From contig NMRA01000638.1 in assembly GCA_002633005.1 (NCBI GenBank), positions 8,914 to 72,913 on the forward strand: a stretch of DNA of 64,000 nucleotides, written 5' to 3'. The notes under the pieces were generated by a model. The model was given only the letters and a program-made list of their open reading frames with translations, made no database searches and had not been told where the DNA came from. The stretch comes from Phoronis australis (lineage: Eukaryota; Animalia; Phoronida). This document shows positions 1-12,600 of this stretch, piece after piece. Made by a program: the position numbers and the translations under genes. Numbering within the stretch: position 1 is the first letter of the stretch; each line of letters starts with the position of its first letter.

Positions 1-391
1 TGTAAGAAATCATTCCAAACAATAATAATGCTTTGATGTACGAAAAGATCCCGATTGCCACGTCAAGTATCGTATCATATATCACAACAAACAAAGTATA
101 CCCGACTGGCGACTGCCTCGAAGTCGGCGGCGAGTACGGCCTCAGTTAACAGGCATCGGTAGAATAAGCATGGAATAATCGTTAAAATAAAACAAACCTT
201 ACCTTTGTATAAGGTCGTGCTTACTTCCTCGCATAGAAGCACCCTTTTCACGCAATCTCAGATTCAGTTGGCACGGCTGCAAGCCATTTCACCATGTATT
301 TAAAGGGCTCACGAAATCGAAGCTGTTAATCTATCACCACTAGTACACGCGCGCCCTCTAGTTATTGTAGATTTTCCGAATAGCCCCATTG
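1..391 (-). mobile_element. End of a DNA transposon (possibly ISL2EU-like) with a SAP-domain-like ORF relic
   Basis: Minus strand 203-295 gives ...LRLREKGASMRGSKHDLIQ followed by a gtaag donor; the segment ends in aatagccccattg. Confidence 0.3.
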
Positions 392-3119
392 ATAGTAGGG
401 CCTACATAAAATATTACAGCCGTTGGCCGCCGGGGTGAACCATGAGCTGCCGTGGAGTCCGTCTGCTGGACTCACGGTTGTTGGCTATAACGAGACACTG
501 AAAAAATAAAATATCTCAAGAGAATAAAACCTGACATGTACATCACCATGAATAAGTCAAGCATAATTGAAAAATATAGTGATCATATTTCAACCTAATT
601 AAAATTATATTTTGGTTGATGGAGTTGCCAACATCTCGCCGGGGCGGAAAGGGCCCAGTTTAGCAGCTGCTTTAAAAGCTAGCTGGTGTGGTGTCAAAGT
701 CACATGGCACATGCACATGCACATACTTGACAAGTATAGGCCTATGTAGTTCTGTACCAAGTTGTACCAAGAGCCTGAGCGTTTCGTTAACGAACTCGAT
801 GACGTCGAATGAATGAACTAAATGATTGAGCGTATTAACAGATGTATTCGTGAGTTACCCCGTCAAAAATGCAGTGGAGTAGGCCTATACTCAGTGGACT
901 TTAATTAGTATACTGGACATGTAGCAAAGTAGCACCAAATTATATCGAGTAAACCTATGGAGATCCCTTGGTCAGGTTAATTACACAGCAGTTCATTGGA
1001 AAACTATTCATGTGTCTTCAAGCGCCAGATAACAAACTATTCGCCTATTGCCGGTGACATGGGCGACGCAGCCGACTGAAATAACTCGGAAGTGTGCCTA
1101 TACGTAGCCATAGATCATCGATGCTATAGCCCCTCTCAGCCTGAGACCCTTATGTGCCGATGGCCATGTGGTAAGCCTCAAGACAATGGCAACCCAGACT
1201 GGCCAAAATCCCAATAGAATATTTCAGCCCATTCCCTCACCCGGCTTACTAATTCTTCACAACATTGGGCCTCAATTTTGGTTCCTACATTGTACGGGGT
1301 TTCTTGAAATATGATGACAGCCGGTACCATTGAAGTATGAGGCAGAACTTAATGAGAAATGTGACGTATAATAGTTTATTTCATTACGTTTCTGGTTTTG
1401 ACAAACCGTACACCTGCTTTACCATAAACTCTCCTTAAAAGCGTATTGCTCTTTCTACACCAATGTCCATGTCCCTTTTTCCCTTTACAGATATCGGGAA
1501 GCTTTCGAAATTACCTTTTCACGGTCACGGGTTTATATTTGAAACATCAAAATGTAGAAGTAATTATTATATTTTCTTTACACCCTGGGACTAGCGAGAA
1601 TTGGTGAATCTGTCTTTTCCGATGAGCAGGACTGGGACTGGGACACACTGGGCAATAAATCAGAGACACTTTGTTCAGAACGTTACGCTATTTCAGTACA
1701 ATCGTCTACAATGGAAAAAACATTGGGAAAAGCCAGAATCGTTCTATTTTTGATTCTCTACAAAAAATGAAGTAACGCAACCTGTCATTAATCATAGGGG
1801 AACTTTTTACTAGTAGGTAAAAATCTGTTCGAATACTGGAACATGGCACTACGACCCAGGCTTAGAGAACCGCCCTTATTATATGCCATTGAGTTGGTAG
1901 CAACTTGGGAGGAATCACTTTACGGTTTTTAATGATACAAGCAACAAAAATTTCTTACCATTTGCACGTTTTCGTCCATCCTGATCAACGTGTTACCAAT
2001 AGCGGAGGCTGCGGATCATCTGTGGAATTTTATTTCTTTATTCCTTTTTTTTCTTCCCGCTTCACATACATTTTCGATGAAATCACTAATCTATTGAATT
2101 AAAAAATATTAATCTTAGAGCGGTAACGGAACTGAAGTCCCAAAGGATTTAACGTAGCTGATATGCACAGACAATTAACTCATTCCACAAGAGCACCAAA
2201 AGGTCAACTCTAAAGTCAAATGCATGTTCATACATCCTGCAGAGTTAAGGAATCATGAAAAAATTTTGGCCCCAAAATAGCCCATTTTGGTTCAAAAAGG
2301 TTCAGTTAGGGAAGTTGTTGAAACCTTCCCAGTAAAACTACGAAAAACCGCCAACAGTTTTAAACTGAAAAAACAAACAGTGTTTCTAAAGTACCTAACT
2401 TGCAAACTAAATATATGCAGACGTACTACGTCTACGCGTACGTTTCTGTGCCGAAAAGCTGATAAAATTTGAAAGAACCAATGGGGTGCCCCTATATCCG
2501 AAGGAACTCTTTCAAGCATGGTTTTAGTGCTCGAGGTTGTAGACGTTTCGCGTCATCTGGATGAGGAGAACGGGTCCTGTGAGGAGGCCGCATTCCTAAT
2601 TCATGCACTGATGCTACTTGTTAATTAAAAAACAAAAAACACCGCTCTCCACTTTCTCAATCGCAATCCCGTTCAAGCAAGCGAAATCATGGTGGAGACA
2701 GCTTCAAAAGAAGAATTATCTTCCATCCCTGAGGGCGCTATTCGGCGTTATGCGAACTGTTAATTTGGAAAAGAATACTAAGATTTGACGCATACCTTTC
2801 AAGCCCCCCTCCCTTCAGATACGTGGTACAGTGTATAAATTTAAGGCATGGTATTTTTTCCCACCACTGGTGAGGATCAGAACACTGTAACCAGAAGAGA
2901 GAAGAATGCCTATCTTCTGGCACTGAGTTGATTATATTACAGTAGAGATGTTGAAGTCTGGGAACAGTTACCCAACTCGGGGTGTTAAGTCGACACGGAG
3001 TGCCACATATTCTGTTCTCCAACAACGGTCCCCAGTTTGCGTTGCGTGAATTCCAGGCATTTTCTGCAGATTGGAAATTTGAGCAGGTCTTCAACACGGC
3101 CTCAAATTAATAATGAAGC

Positions 3120-4601
3120 CACGTGCGCACTCCACCCAGCCTTTGATATGGGGGGCTCGAATTTCCATCGATGTGTACCTTTCACTAACAAAAAGCCGAA
3201 TTAAGGACTAAAATAATAACAAAATGGCCACTAGATGGCGCAAAATAGATCGAATCTGGCTGAAAACCAGAAAATGTCTTCGTTTCTTTAAAAGAAAGCC
3301 ACTTACCAAATTTCATTGAAATTTGTCTAGGAACTTCAGAGAAACAGAGGAAAACGAAAAAAAAAAGAAATTGCCACTAGGGGGCAGAGTGTTCTTCGGA
3401 TCTGTAAAAAGTCGTCTTCTCTTGTTAACTTCACATAAATACAGGTGATAAACTTAATTAAGAGGGCTTAGGAGATGAGTGAGGTATGGATGCAAAAAAA
3501 AAACACCACTAGGCGGCGCCACAGCAGTCAAAGTCATCGGAAAATTATTGTCAACCGTCCCCTTCATAGAAAGAACATACATGCCAACTTTCACTATCAT
3601 CCTTAGACTCCCTTAGAGTAGTTTGGTTGGCAGAGGGACGGACACCAAAACACAGAATCAAAAATAACAAAAATGGCCACTAGGTAGCACAAACTATGTC
3701 GAATCCATCTGAAAAAGGGAGGATAGCGTCATATCATTAATAGATGTCTATAATTTTATAGAAATCCGTTGAGGACCTTTGACGATACGGAGATAAACGT
3801 AATTAAATAATATTGCCACTAGGGGGCACAGCGGTACACTGATCTGTCCGGAAGTTGTCGTCGTCTTCATATAAATGCATTTGTTAAATTTAATAAAGAT
3901 CCTGTAGAACGTTTAGGAGATACAGCCATGGCGCAAAAACAAACAAAACTGCCACTTGGGGGCGCCACAGTAGTCGGAAAATCATCGTCAACTGTCTTCA
4001 TCACAGTACGGACATACATGCCAATTTTCACAATCATCCATAGAGTGGTTTGGTTGACAGAGGGGCAGACGCCAAAAAACGACTCGAAAATAGCAATAAT
4101 GGCCACTAGATGGCGCAAAATGTCTCAAATCCATCCGAAAACGGGAGGATAGCGTCAACTCATTAATAGATGTCTATGTGCCAAATTTCATGAAAATTGG
4201 TTAAGGACCTTTGAAGATACAGAGGCAAACATAAAAAACTAAAATTGCCACTTGGCGGGGCACAGCGGTAATCGGGTCGGTCCGAAACTCGTCGCCCTCT
4301 GTGGTAAACCTCATAGGAACATACCTGACAAATTTCAATAAGATTCTGCAAGGGGTTTAGGAGATACCGTACAGCCGCGGACGCCCCGAGATGACGGCAA
4401 TATGCGACCACATATAAATATGTGGGCGCATAAAAACAGAGTACCACGTCCAGAGCTATGAATTGTGTGTTTGCGCCTTTTTAGTGGACTTTTTGTCTCG
4501 TTTTCTCGGACTTTGTGCTTCTCTGAGGCGGGCCTTTTTGTCCACCTCGCCAAATGGGGGGCTCATTTGATTCCCCCCGAGCCCCCCTGGGTACGCGCAT
4601 G
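3120..4601. mobile_element. Non-autonomous TIR element (hAT-like ends) inserted in the Gypsy integrase and itself hosting a HINE
   Basis: Imperfect TIR CACGTGCGCAC.../...GTACGCGCATG, flanks gaagc/gaggc, G-rich subterminal motifs. Confidence 0.5.
3187..4436 (-). mobile_element. Helentron-type non-autonomous element (HINE family C) with internal ~145-bp repeat array
   Basis: Plus strand ends ...ccacatataaatatgtgggcgcataaaaa (subTIR plus inverted repeat); array of gccactagrkggcrc monomers. Confidence 0.75.
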
Positions 4602-7344
4602 GAGGCTGAAAGAGCAGTCTAGATGATAAAAGGTATACTCAACAAGTGTAACGACGAGTACTTAGCCCTCATGATGTATCACAATATGCCCAAGGCGTGT
4701 AGTACACTCCTTGATACGCCCCCACAATATGGATGTTCTCCTTCCCAACTCGGCATCGGTCGCCAACTGAGGACACTGACACCCATACACCCAGATCTGC
4801 CATTGCCCTAACTTACTGACACAACGCTTCTACGTAAATCAGAGAATGAATATCGTCAGTGAATGTAAACCAACTTCGACTTGAGACACAAGGATGTTGA
4901 ACCTAAGAGCTTGTCCCCTGTAGATAGAGTTTGGATACCAGATTTAAAAAATGAGAGGGAGGATCATCAATCTTCAGGACCCACGTTTTCTCATCACTGA
5001 AACGTCAAATGAGAGTCACGTCCCAAGAAATAGGTCTCATGTGAGGAGGCTTGATCCCATTCCAGAGCTTGGAAAGTTACACCTAAACAGTCAAAACCAC
5101 CTTCAGACGCTGGCAGTACAGAACGGTCCTCACCTCTGAACCAGAAAGTGGAACTCCGCAGGCATAGCTCTCGGATCCCGGTCAAACAAGCCAAAGAGAC
5201 TCATTGAGGAGATGTGACAACACTCTCCGACTTTTGTGTTGAACATAGTTTTTAGTATGTTTATTTAAGATAATTTTTCAAGTAGTAGATTTAGTTCCGA
5301 AGTGTTAAGGTTGTTCATTGACTTAGAATGGGTAGATGTAGTAGTACCTTATATCAGTTTGTGACAACGACGGGATTCGCCCGGTTTTGAAGCAATAGAC
5401 ATTGTACGGACTTCAAAGACTTCTTCTCTCCAAAGTATTATGTCACTGTATAACAATGAAGATCAAGTCTCCTACTTTTATTCGACATAATATACATCGT
5501 AAAATTTAAGGCCATAAAATTGATCTCCACTTGTTCCAAGTAATTTCTGGGTTCACAAGGAACTGTCATTTCATTATTCCTTTACTGCCGTAAATAAATT
5601 CTGTGTTGTCATTGTCCGAGTCAGTGACGACCGAGTTTGTCATTAATCAACTTCTCATATCTACTACTGCATACTTCGCGTGGTCAGTATCAGTGAAGAC
5701 TGGGATCACCTAGTACATTCAGTTGGACGGACTGGTTCCACTTCTCTTAACAACACATATGACATCTTGGCCACCATCTTCCTGAACAGACTGGTAACAT
5801 AGTGTAAAACTTCATTCAGTGCCTAATAACCATTTTCTTAAAGCCCCCCAAAAAAACAAGATTATAATAAAAACAGTATACCATATATTGGCAAGATGCC
5901 ACAGCAGAAAGCTTCAGAAGCATACTTTCACATTGATACTATTTCATTGGCTTAAAGCCTAACTTCAACGGAATTTTGTTACTCTAGATGAATTAGGCTA
6001 ACCAGATAGTCCTATCAAAGACTTAATAAAATAAGAAAACGCGAGTTCAATCACGCAAGTGTAAGTCCGTCAAATAATAAGTGAAGCTGGCTTTTCGTGC
6101 CATGTACAAATAACAAAAGGTTGTAATGAATAGGGGTCTGAATAAAACACCATTGCGTGCGGGTGTTATTCGCAGCTGTTTGAATTAAAAGATGATGCTT
6201 GCGGTGACGTAGACAAAAGCAAGCTAATACGCCAAACGGTTTGTTACATTTGGCAATTTATGGCTCTAGTGGGCTAAAAGCGAGGCTTTTAACATAGTGT
6301 AGGAACCAAATTTACATGTATTACCGTTGAAGATAGGCTTTAAATTCCTGTCATAAAATAGACATATCATTTGACAGATCGGCAACCCTTGGAACACATA
6401 ACACAGCCAAGGTATCATCATCTGAGCTACAGTGGAACATTTACATCAACTGCTCAGACGAGGATCTCAAGATGATTTTGTGTTAATTGACCTCAAATAG
6501 CTAATGGGAATAAGTTAAACAATTTAGCGATACATACACAAATGCTTATAGAACAAATGGCAGGAAATTGTGTCAGAAACAAGATGTTGTAAACTAATAT
6601 ACAAACAGCTCTATCAAATACAAAGTACAGTGGCACTGTTGCAGCACTGTGCAAGTCAAACTCTTATCACAATATGATGTCGTTTCAACATGGAAACATA
6701 GTCAATAACAGATAGATACAATTTCTCGATATTTATTCATGTTTTCTACTCGTATGACCACTATACGGTTTTAAAAACTATTATTCAAACTAAAGAGAAT
6801 GATAAAAAGTAATAAATGCTCCTATTCAGTATTGACTAAAGTAATTATCTTAATCAGCTGCTAGGCAACATCTAGGTCCCCACCTTGTAGCATGGCAACT
6901 GAGTAGATACCAAAATGACCACATCACTAACTCAGAACTAATACATACTCTAACTACTACAATAATAAATGCGAGTTATTAATGTATAATGTATTCACAG
7001 ACCTTTTCTTCACTGGAAGACAAGTGTCTAACCTGATATAAACAATATTCTTTACTTACACAGCTTTGAATTCATGCAAGCGCCTTTCAATGAGTGGATA
7101 CACAAAGACTATCACTTGGCAATTAAACTTGAAACGGCTATAATACATGATTTCACAAGACTTGGATGTTGTTAAATTAAACACAATTGTCTACATATAC
7201 TTGCATGACGTACTACCTATCAAATGCCGACAACTAATATGACAGACTCCAAAGCAATATCGTCACTACTGAATCTTAAAATTCATTTATTACTCAGTAG
7301 GTTGCAATTTCATCAATAGATTCTGTCGCAAACAATTCTTATTA

Positions 7345-8831
7345 CCGTATTCGCTGTAATAACCACCCATGCCCCTATAAGCACCCCCCACGCGTTTTCA
7401 GACTTTGCTAAAATAAGCACCCAGTCCATGAACGTGTACGTGCGAAAAATGCCTTACCTACAGTCCTAATATTCTACAGTAACATCTTCAATTTATTAAT
7501 AATATCCGAAAGTTCTGAAAAAAATCAATGTGCGCAGAATTTGTAGACCACGAGCCTCACTGCTATGTCGGTATTTAGCCGTGACTATACACTTCAAACT
7601 TCCGCCATGCCTCAAAACGAACACAGAAGTTCTGCTGATCTTGCGAGGACCAATGGTCTGGCCTTTCAGAACAGAAGTAGTGTAGTTGTCTACGGGATTG
7701 CTTGGTAGATATTTCCCGCTTTCAACAGGAATCCAAATTTCTTTGAAGGTCTACACGTGAAAACCGCGAATCGAAGACTAATAAAAAGCTTGGCCAGTGT
7801 TAAAAGCCCGTGGCCAGGAAGCACGCACTACATACATGAACTTGTCATCAAAGACATTAGTCGGGAACTATCCATTCATGAAACAGGTAACATAGCATCG
7901 GCAAGAAATGAATATTGGAACTAATTTCTGACAGTTTCTCATACTATAAAAAATGTCTGTGTTATTTTTAAGATGAATTGTTTGATTAACCATAATTGAT
8001 GTTTTTAAGCCAAATATCCGTAAAATGACCACTGACAGTGAATGCTTACACACCCTTACACCGAAAAATAACTGTTAGATAATCACGTACGCATCCAGCC
8101 ACCCGGCGACTAATATGGCACATGAGACCGGCAAGTGCTGAATGAAACACGCTCTGGTTTAAGCCTACTGCTTGTGCAAATTTCTTTAGACACAATGCAC
8201 AACTAGCTCGTTAGATTGCGTGACTTTGGCCAAAAAAACAGTAGGCCTATCTGCTCTGGCAAATGAACTCTGGTGACACGCACGTGCTCGCTTACTCAAA
8301 ACGCATACAACTTCAAAACAAACGTCATGAGACAACAACATGTTTGTTCGTCCAGACATTTTTCCCATGTTGCCGCTCATACATGTAGATGGCACAATGT
8401 AGCACAGATTTGTACTTAAACCTGCCGTGATCCCGACTCCACGGAACTTAAAAATCTTAGGGACGCTGCTTGGAAAACTTGAGGATTTCAGGTAATTTGC
8501 TTGAGTCAAAACTGTATTTTTATTCAAGCATTCTAGTCACCATATCGAGGATTGCGAGGCAGGCAGTGGGGGAGTTTTAGCCCTAGAATTTCAGCACAAT
8601 TTTCTGTAAAATGATCGTAATTTAGCAGCAAAGTTTGATAGCAATGCACCACGGTTTTGTAGAAAGTCTTTCATAGATTACAGATACGTCACAGAGCGTA
8701 AATATGATGAATCTTAGCTTCCGATTTCACCCGTTTCAGTGACCGGGTTTCAATGGCCTTGGGTTATAATAAGCGCCCCCCCTGAAACGAACTTTTCTAA
8801 GTGCCCTGGGCGGTTATTACAGCAAATACGG
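7345..8831 (+). mobile_element. Tc2/pogo-like non-autonomous DNA transposon family A, 1487 bp, with HIRAN-like relic
   Basis: TA|CCGTATTCGCTGTAATAACC...GGTTATTACAGCAAATACGG|TA; four more copies in the window. Confidence 0.88.
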
Positions 8832-9300
8832 TAATAAGAGGAGATGGAAACTCCCCTCATGCAACAACGTATTCCTGAAGTTGGTATGTGATAGATACAC
8901 TTCGGTATCATTTTTTTTGCCACATGAAGTCACAACCTGATCCAGAAAATTGATACTGTCATAGGATGGCAATAAATCTAACTTAAAATTAGCTGAAACT
9001 CACAAAGGGATTGACAACAACCTCAGAAATAAAATGCTTGGAGGTTGTCATGGAAATTCTTTCATAAGAAACCAAAAAAAACGGACAGGGACCATTTCAA
9101 TAGAGTATAACCATGCCAAAATGGGAATGGTGTAGCAGTATGATCGCCATATTAGCATAATACAATGGGTACAGCAGTCAAACTGCCACTTTTGTTACAT
9201 TCTGTAGTACATGGCTCAAGATATCCAGAAAACAATTGAACAAGGCATCGTGCTTGTCGCCATGTAACTCTAATATTAACTCATACCACAATAACCATGA

Positions 9301-9674
9301 TCAAGACTTGCTCGTAGAATTCCTTCGACTGCTGCCACCACCTGGCTTTGGAATGCGTGATCCAGATGTCGACGTTCTTGCCTCTAATATGGGCGTGGTC
9401 CGAGAGGGTGTGGTTCGGGAAGGTGCGGTCCGTGAGGGCGTGGTTTGTGACGTGGGCAGGAAGCCTGGAGGAGTCGCGTGGCTCGAGTGAGCTTGTGCTG
9501 TGTGCCTGCGATTCTGTATGACATGTGTCTGGTACGTGGTAGTCACTTGTGGTCTACCTCCCACAGTCCTTGTCTCCGTTTGCATTGTGGTATACATCTC
9601 TGGTTCATCCTCACACACTTCAGACACTTCACTCTCTGCACGGCTGCTGCAACGACTACTGCAGATACTTGTCC
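9301..9674 (-). CDS. MACF1: Spectraplakin terminal coding exon ([19 protein letters not shown]...SGSRIPKP...SKS*)
   Basis: ttctag acceptor, phase 1, TGA at 9303-9301; SRIP = SxIP EB-binding motif. Confidence 0.92.
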
Positions 9675-12600
9675 CTAGAAACATGACAGTGGAATCAAAA
9701 CCAATAACGCAACTGTACCAATTTCAATGTCAAAGGACTTTTCGCAAACAGTATTTTCTGTAATAAAGTCATCCTAATACAAAGGGGAAATGTATAGTAC
9801 AATGAATAATCATTTTGGTTACATTTGTACTTACAACAATTTGTTATGTACACTGTATCTCATCGGAACCTGGCAATGTTAGTTTTACAACCTATTACAG
9901 TGGTGTATTCTACTGATGCTCATACACAGCTGTGTGGCCTGTAGTACTGGCCAATCTGGTCAATGCCCTGCATATAGCAGGATGACCTACAAGTATTAGC
10001 CATTTTCGTTGATGGCCTAGTGGTATTGGCCAATTCTATAGACTCCCCACTCATTGTTGCAAGGTCTAGAATGGTGCTGGCCTATTCTAATGATTGCATT
10101 CCATTCCTGTTCTAAGGTCAATTCAGGAGTTCTATTCTATTGATACCGTGCCCACTGTTGTGCAACTCACCAGGACTCAGCACACCTCTAGGCCGGTGTG
10201 CCATGATCTGAGACACTTCTCTGTCTGGTGTAGCACCAGAACGCCGACTCTGTGGACAAAAATTATATAGACTACCTTACAAGTTTGACTAGGAACAAAG
10301 GGCTGCAAGCAAAATCACCTGTTTGGACCCTACTCTGGAAAACTGTCCTAAAACGGGATGACTAACAGGAAATCAAGGTCTGTGACAGAAATTCCGGGTA
10401 ATACGGTGGCCTCATTCTAAAACCATAACATTACTTTAGTTAGCGAAACCATCAAATTGATAATGTAATTAGATCACTGATGGTACCATCAAATTGATAA
10501 TGTAATTAGATCACTGATGGTGATCATGTGGTAAGGTCATGTTACTCACCCTACTGACGGGTGTGCGTGGACTGCTAGCTCCACTACTGGTACTCTTTGG
10601 CGTGAAGGCTGCCATGGACTGGGAGACCCCTTGGGCTAGGATGAACTGTTCTCTCAATTCTGTATTGGTCCGACCTTTTGCTGTTGGCAGAAGCAAGTGA
10701 TTCATTAATATTCAAGGATAAATGAGCTAAATGAGTGTTGTCATTTGAACTACATACAACAGAAAACCTTTGTGACAGTGTAACTCTAAAATGGATGAAT
10801 TATTTGACATGTGTGCTAAGTGGATACTGAAATATACAGTTTGAATAACAACACTGGATTATTAGCGACATAAATTCCTGAAATTATATGTTGTAGATTG
10901 TGAAATACATTGTGATATATCGGTATTATCAAAAGCTCAGAACCTGTAGTGCTGAAACACACACACTATACAAACCACACATTAAGAGAAGCACTTCAAA
11001 AATCTACAACTAACATCACCACAGAGAAAACAGTGTCTGATCAATACCATTTCAGATCTTGCAACCAAAATAGTATACTGGAACCAAGTATAGTGGCTAA
11101 GTACATGTGTGTAGTGCACGTGAATAGCTACTGCACATCCAAACATTTCTAGCTGAGTGTTACTACCTGAATAAGTGGTATCATAAAAATCTAAATAAAA
11201 ATTCCACTAGATTAAGTACAAAACACTAGAAATTTCAATAAATGCACAAACTGAAACTACCTTGACGTAGAAAAACCCAAGACAGGGTTCGGATCTCGTG
11301 CACGCATCCGAAGCCAGTAACAAAAAGAAGAATAACTGACCATACAATTTTACACAGTCACGTGACATGAAGTCCCAAAAGTGATCTCTTTTACCATAAG
11401 ATATTCGTGTTACACAATGTTTTTCAGCTTGAACAACAAGTTGCCATGCCAATAAAACTGGGCCAAAAACATGAATGAAAATTATTCTTTGTTGAGCATT
11501 CCAAGCTGAACGTATTCCAAAATAAAGTTACACAAACAATACAATCACACGTTGAGAATATTTTGCCATATCTTTCCTATCGTGTTTTTTACGAAGGACT
11601 GTGTATTAAATCAAGACATACCGGTATTCGAAAATGCATGCAAGGATTTGGAATTGCGAGACTAGCTTAAAAACACAATCGAACCAAACTAAACAGAAAC
11701 AAACTAAATACCAGAAAATAACCCCTTAAAACGTTAATTCACTAAAGGTTTTGTTAAGACATGCAACTGGTATGCTTTGAGAGGATGCTCATACAGGATG
11801 CGCATAAACTCTGGCCACATATTACTTGAGGTCAGAGTTTATGTTAAGATGTTCCTGAACCAGCCATCTTTCCCTTTTGACCCTTTTGACTCTACCCATG
11901 TTTGGAAAATAGATGCATCAGTGTCAAATCTTCTGTAACAGTGTGCCATCCGGAAAAGCTACCGGAAAGGAATATCAGAAGACAATCTCTGCTTCAAATC
12001 AGTATAGGAAGTTACATAGTCAAACTGTTGGGTGACCCCCAACTCCCTCTCTCAGTAAAACTATGCACTACGTACTCCAAGTTCATATACCTTTCTCAAC
12101 TATTGCTTGTTAAGGTAAAATCAACACTTTTAAAACCATCACCTTCCTGATAAACATTGTCATCCAATAAATACAAATTTCAAGGAAATTTGGTATCATC
12201 AACACATAAGTTTTTAAAAATAATATGTGGCAAAGTAGTTGCACTTCTCAAATTAATGGACCTAAAGGTCATTTCAGGATAATGCTAACTTGCCACATGT
12301 TGTTTTAATGACCCTTGCATGAGCATTATTTAGCCTACTAAAAGTGGACATGCTTGAAAAACTGGAGAGGGTCAAAGCATTCAGCAAGAGGCAGCATGCA
12401 GGCACCTCATCTGCTTAAAGCGCTGCTGGAAATAACGGAACCGATTCCTCCGCCAGATACCAACTATATTGGAGGAAGGAAGAAAATCGAGTCAGAGTAA
12501 AGAGATAGATGACACCAAACAATAACTGTGGTGCTGGGAACACATTGTGATCATTGGGTATGAATAATTAATATATCAATAAATAAATACGGATAGTTTA

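Larger units (their letters stand above)
2900..5455 (+). mobile_element. Degenerate Gypsy-type LTR retrotransposon 3' half (integrase, PPT, short LTR), interrupted at 3120-4601
   Basis: RHGVPHILFSNNGPQF at about 2990 resumes as EAERAV at 4602, then SPSQL..GRQLRT, DRVWIPD and RNRSH. Purine tract agaatgggtaga precedes TGTAG...ACA (5337-5455). Confidence 0.75.

Noticed and set aside
10449-10521. 37-bp tandem duplication near the 10550 donor
   Set aside because: A simple intronic slippage duplication with no effect on the splice site.
11261-11294. Possible 34-nt exon (gag|atccgaacc...gtcaag|gtagtt) in the post-GAR intron
   Set aside because: The acceptor is a weak GAG, and the length does not restore frame alone or with the 58-nt candidate.
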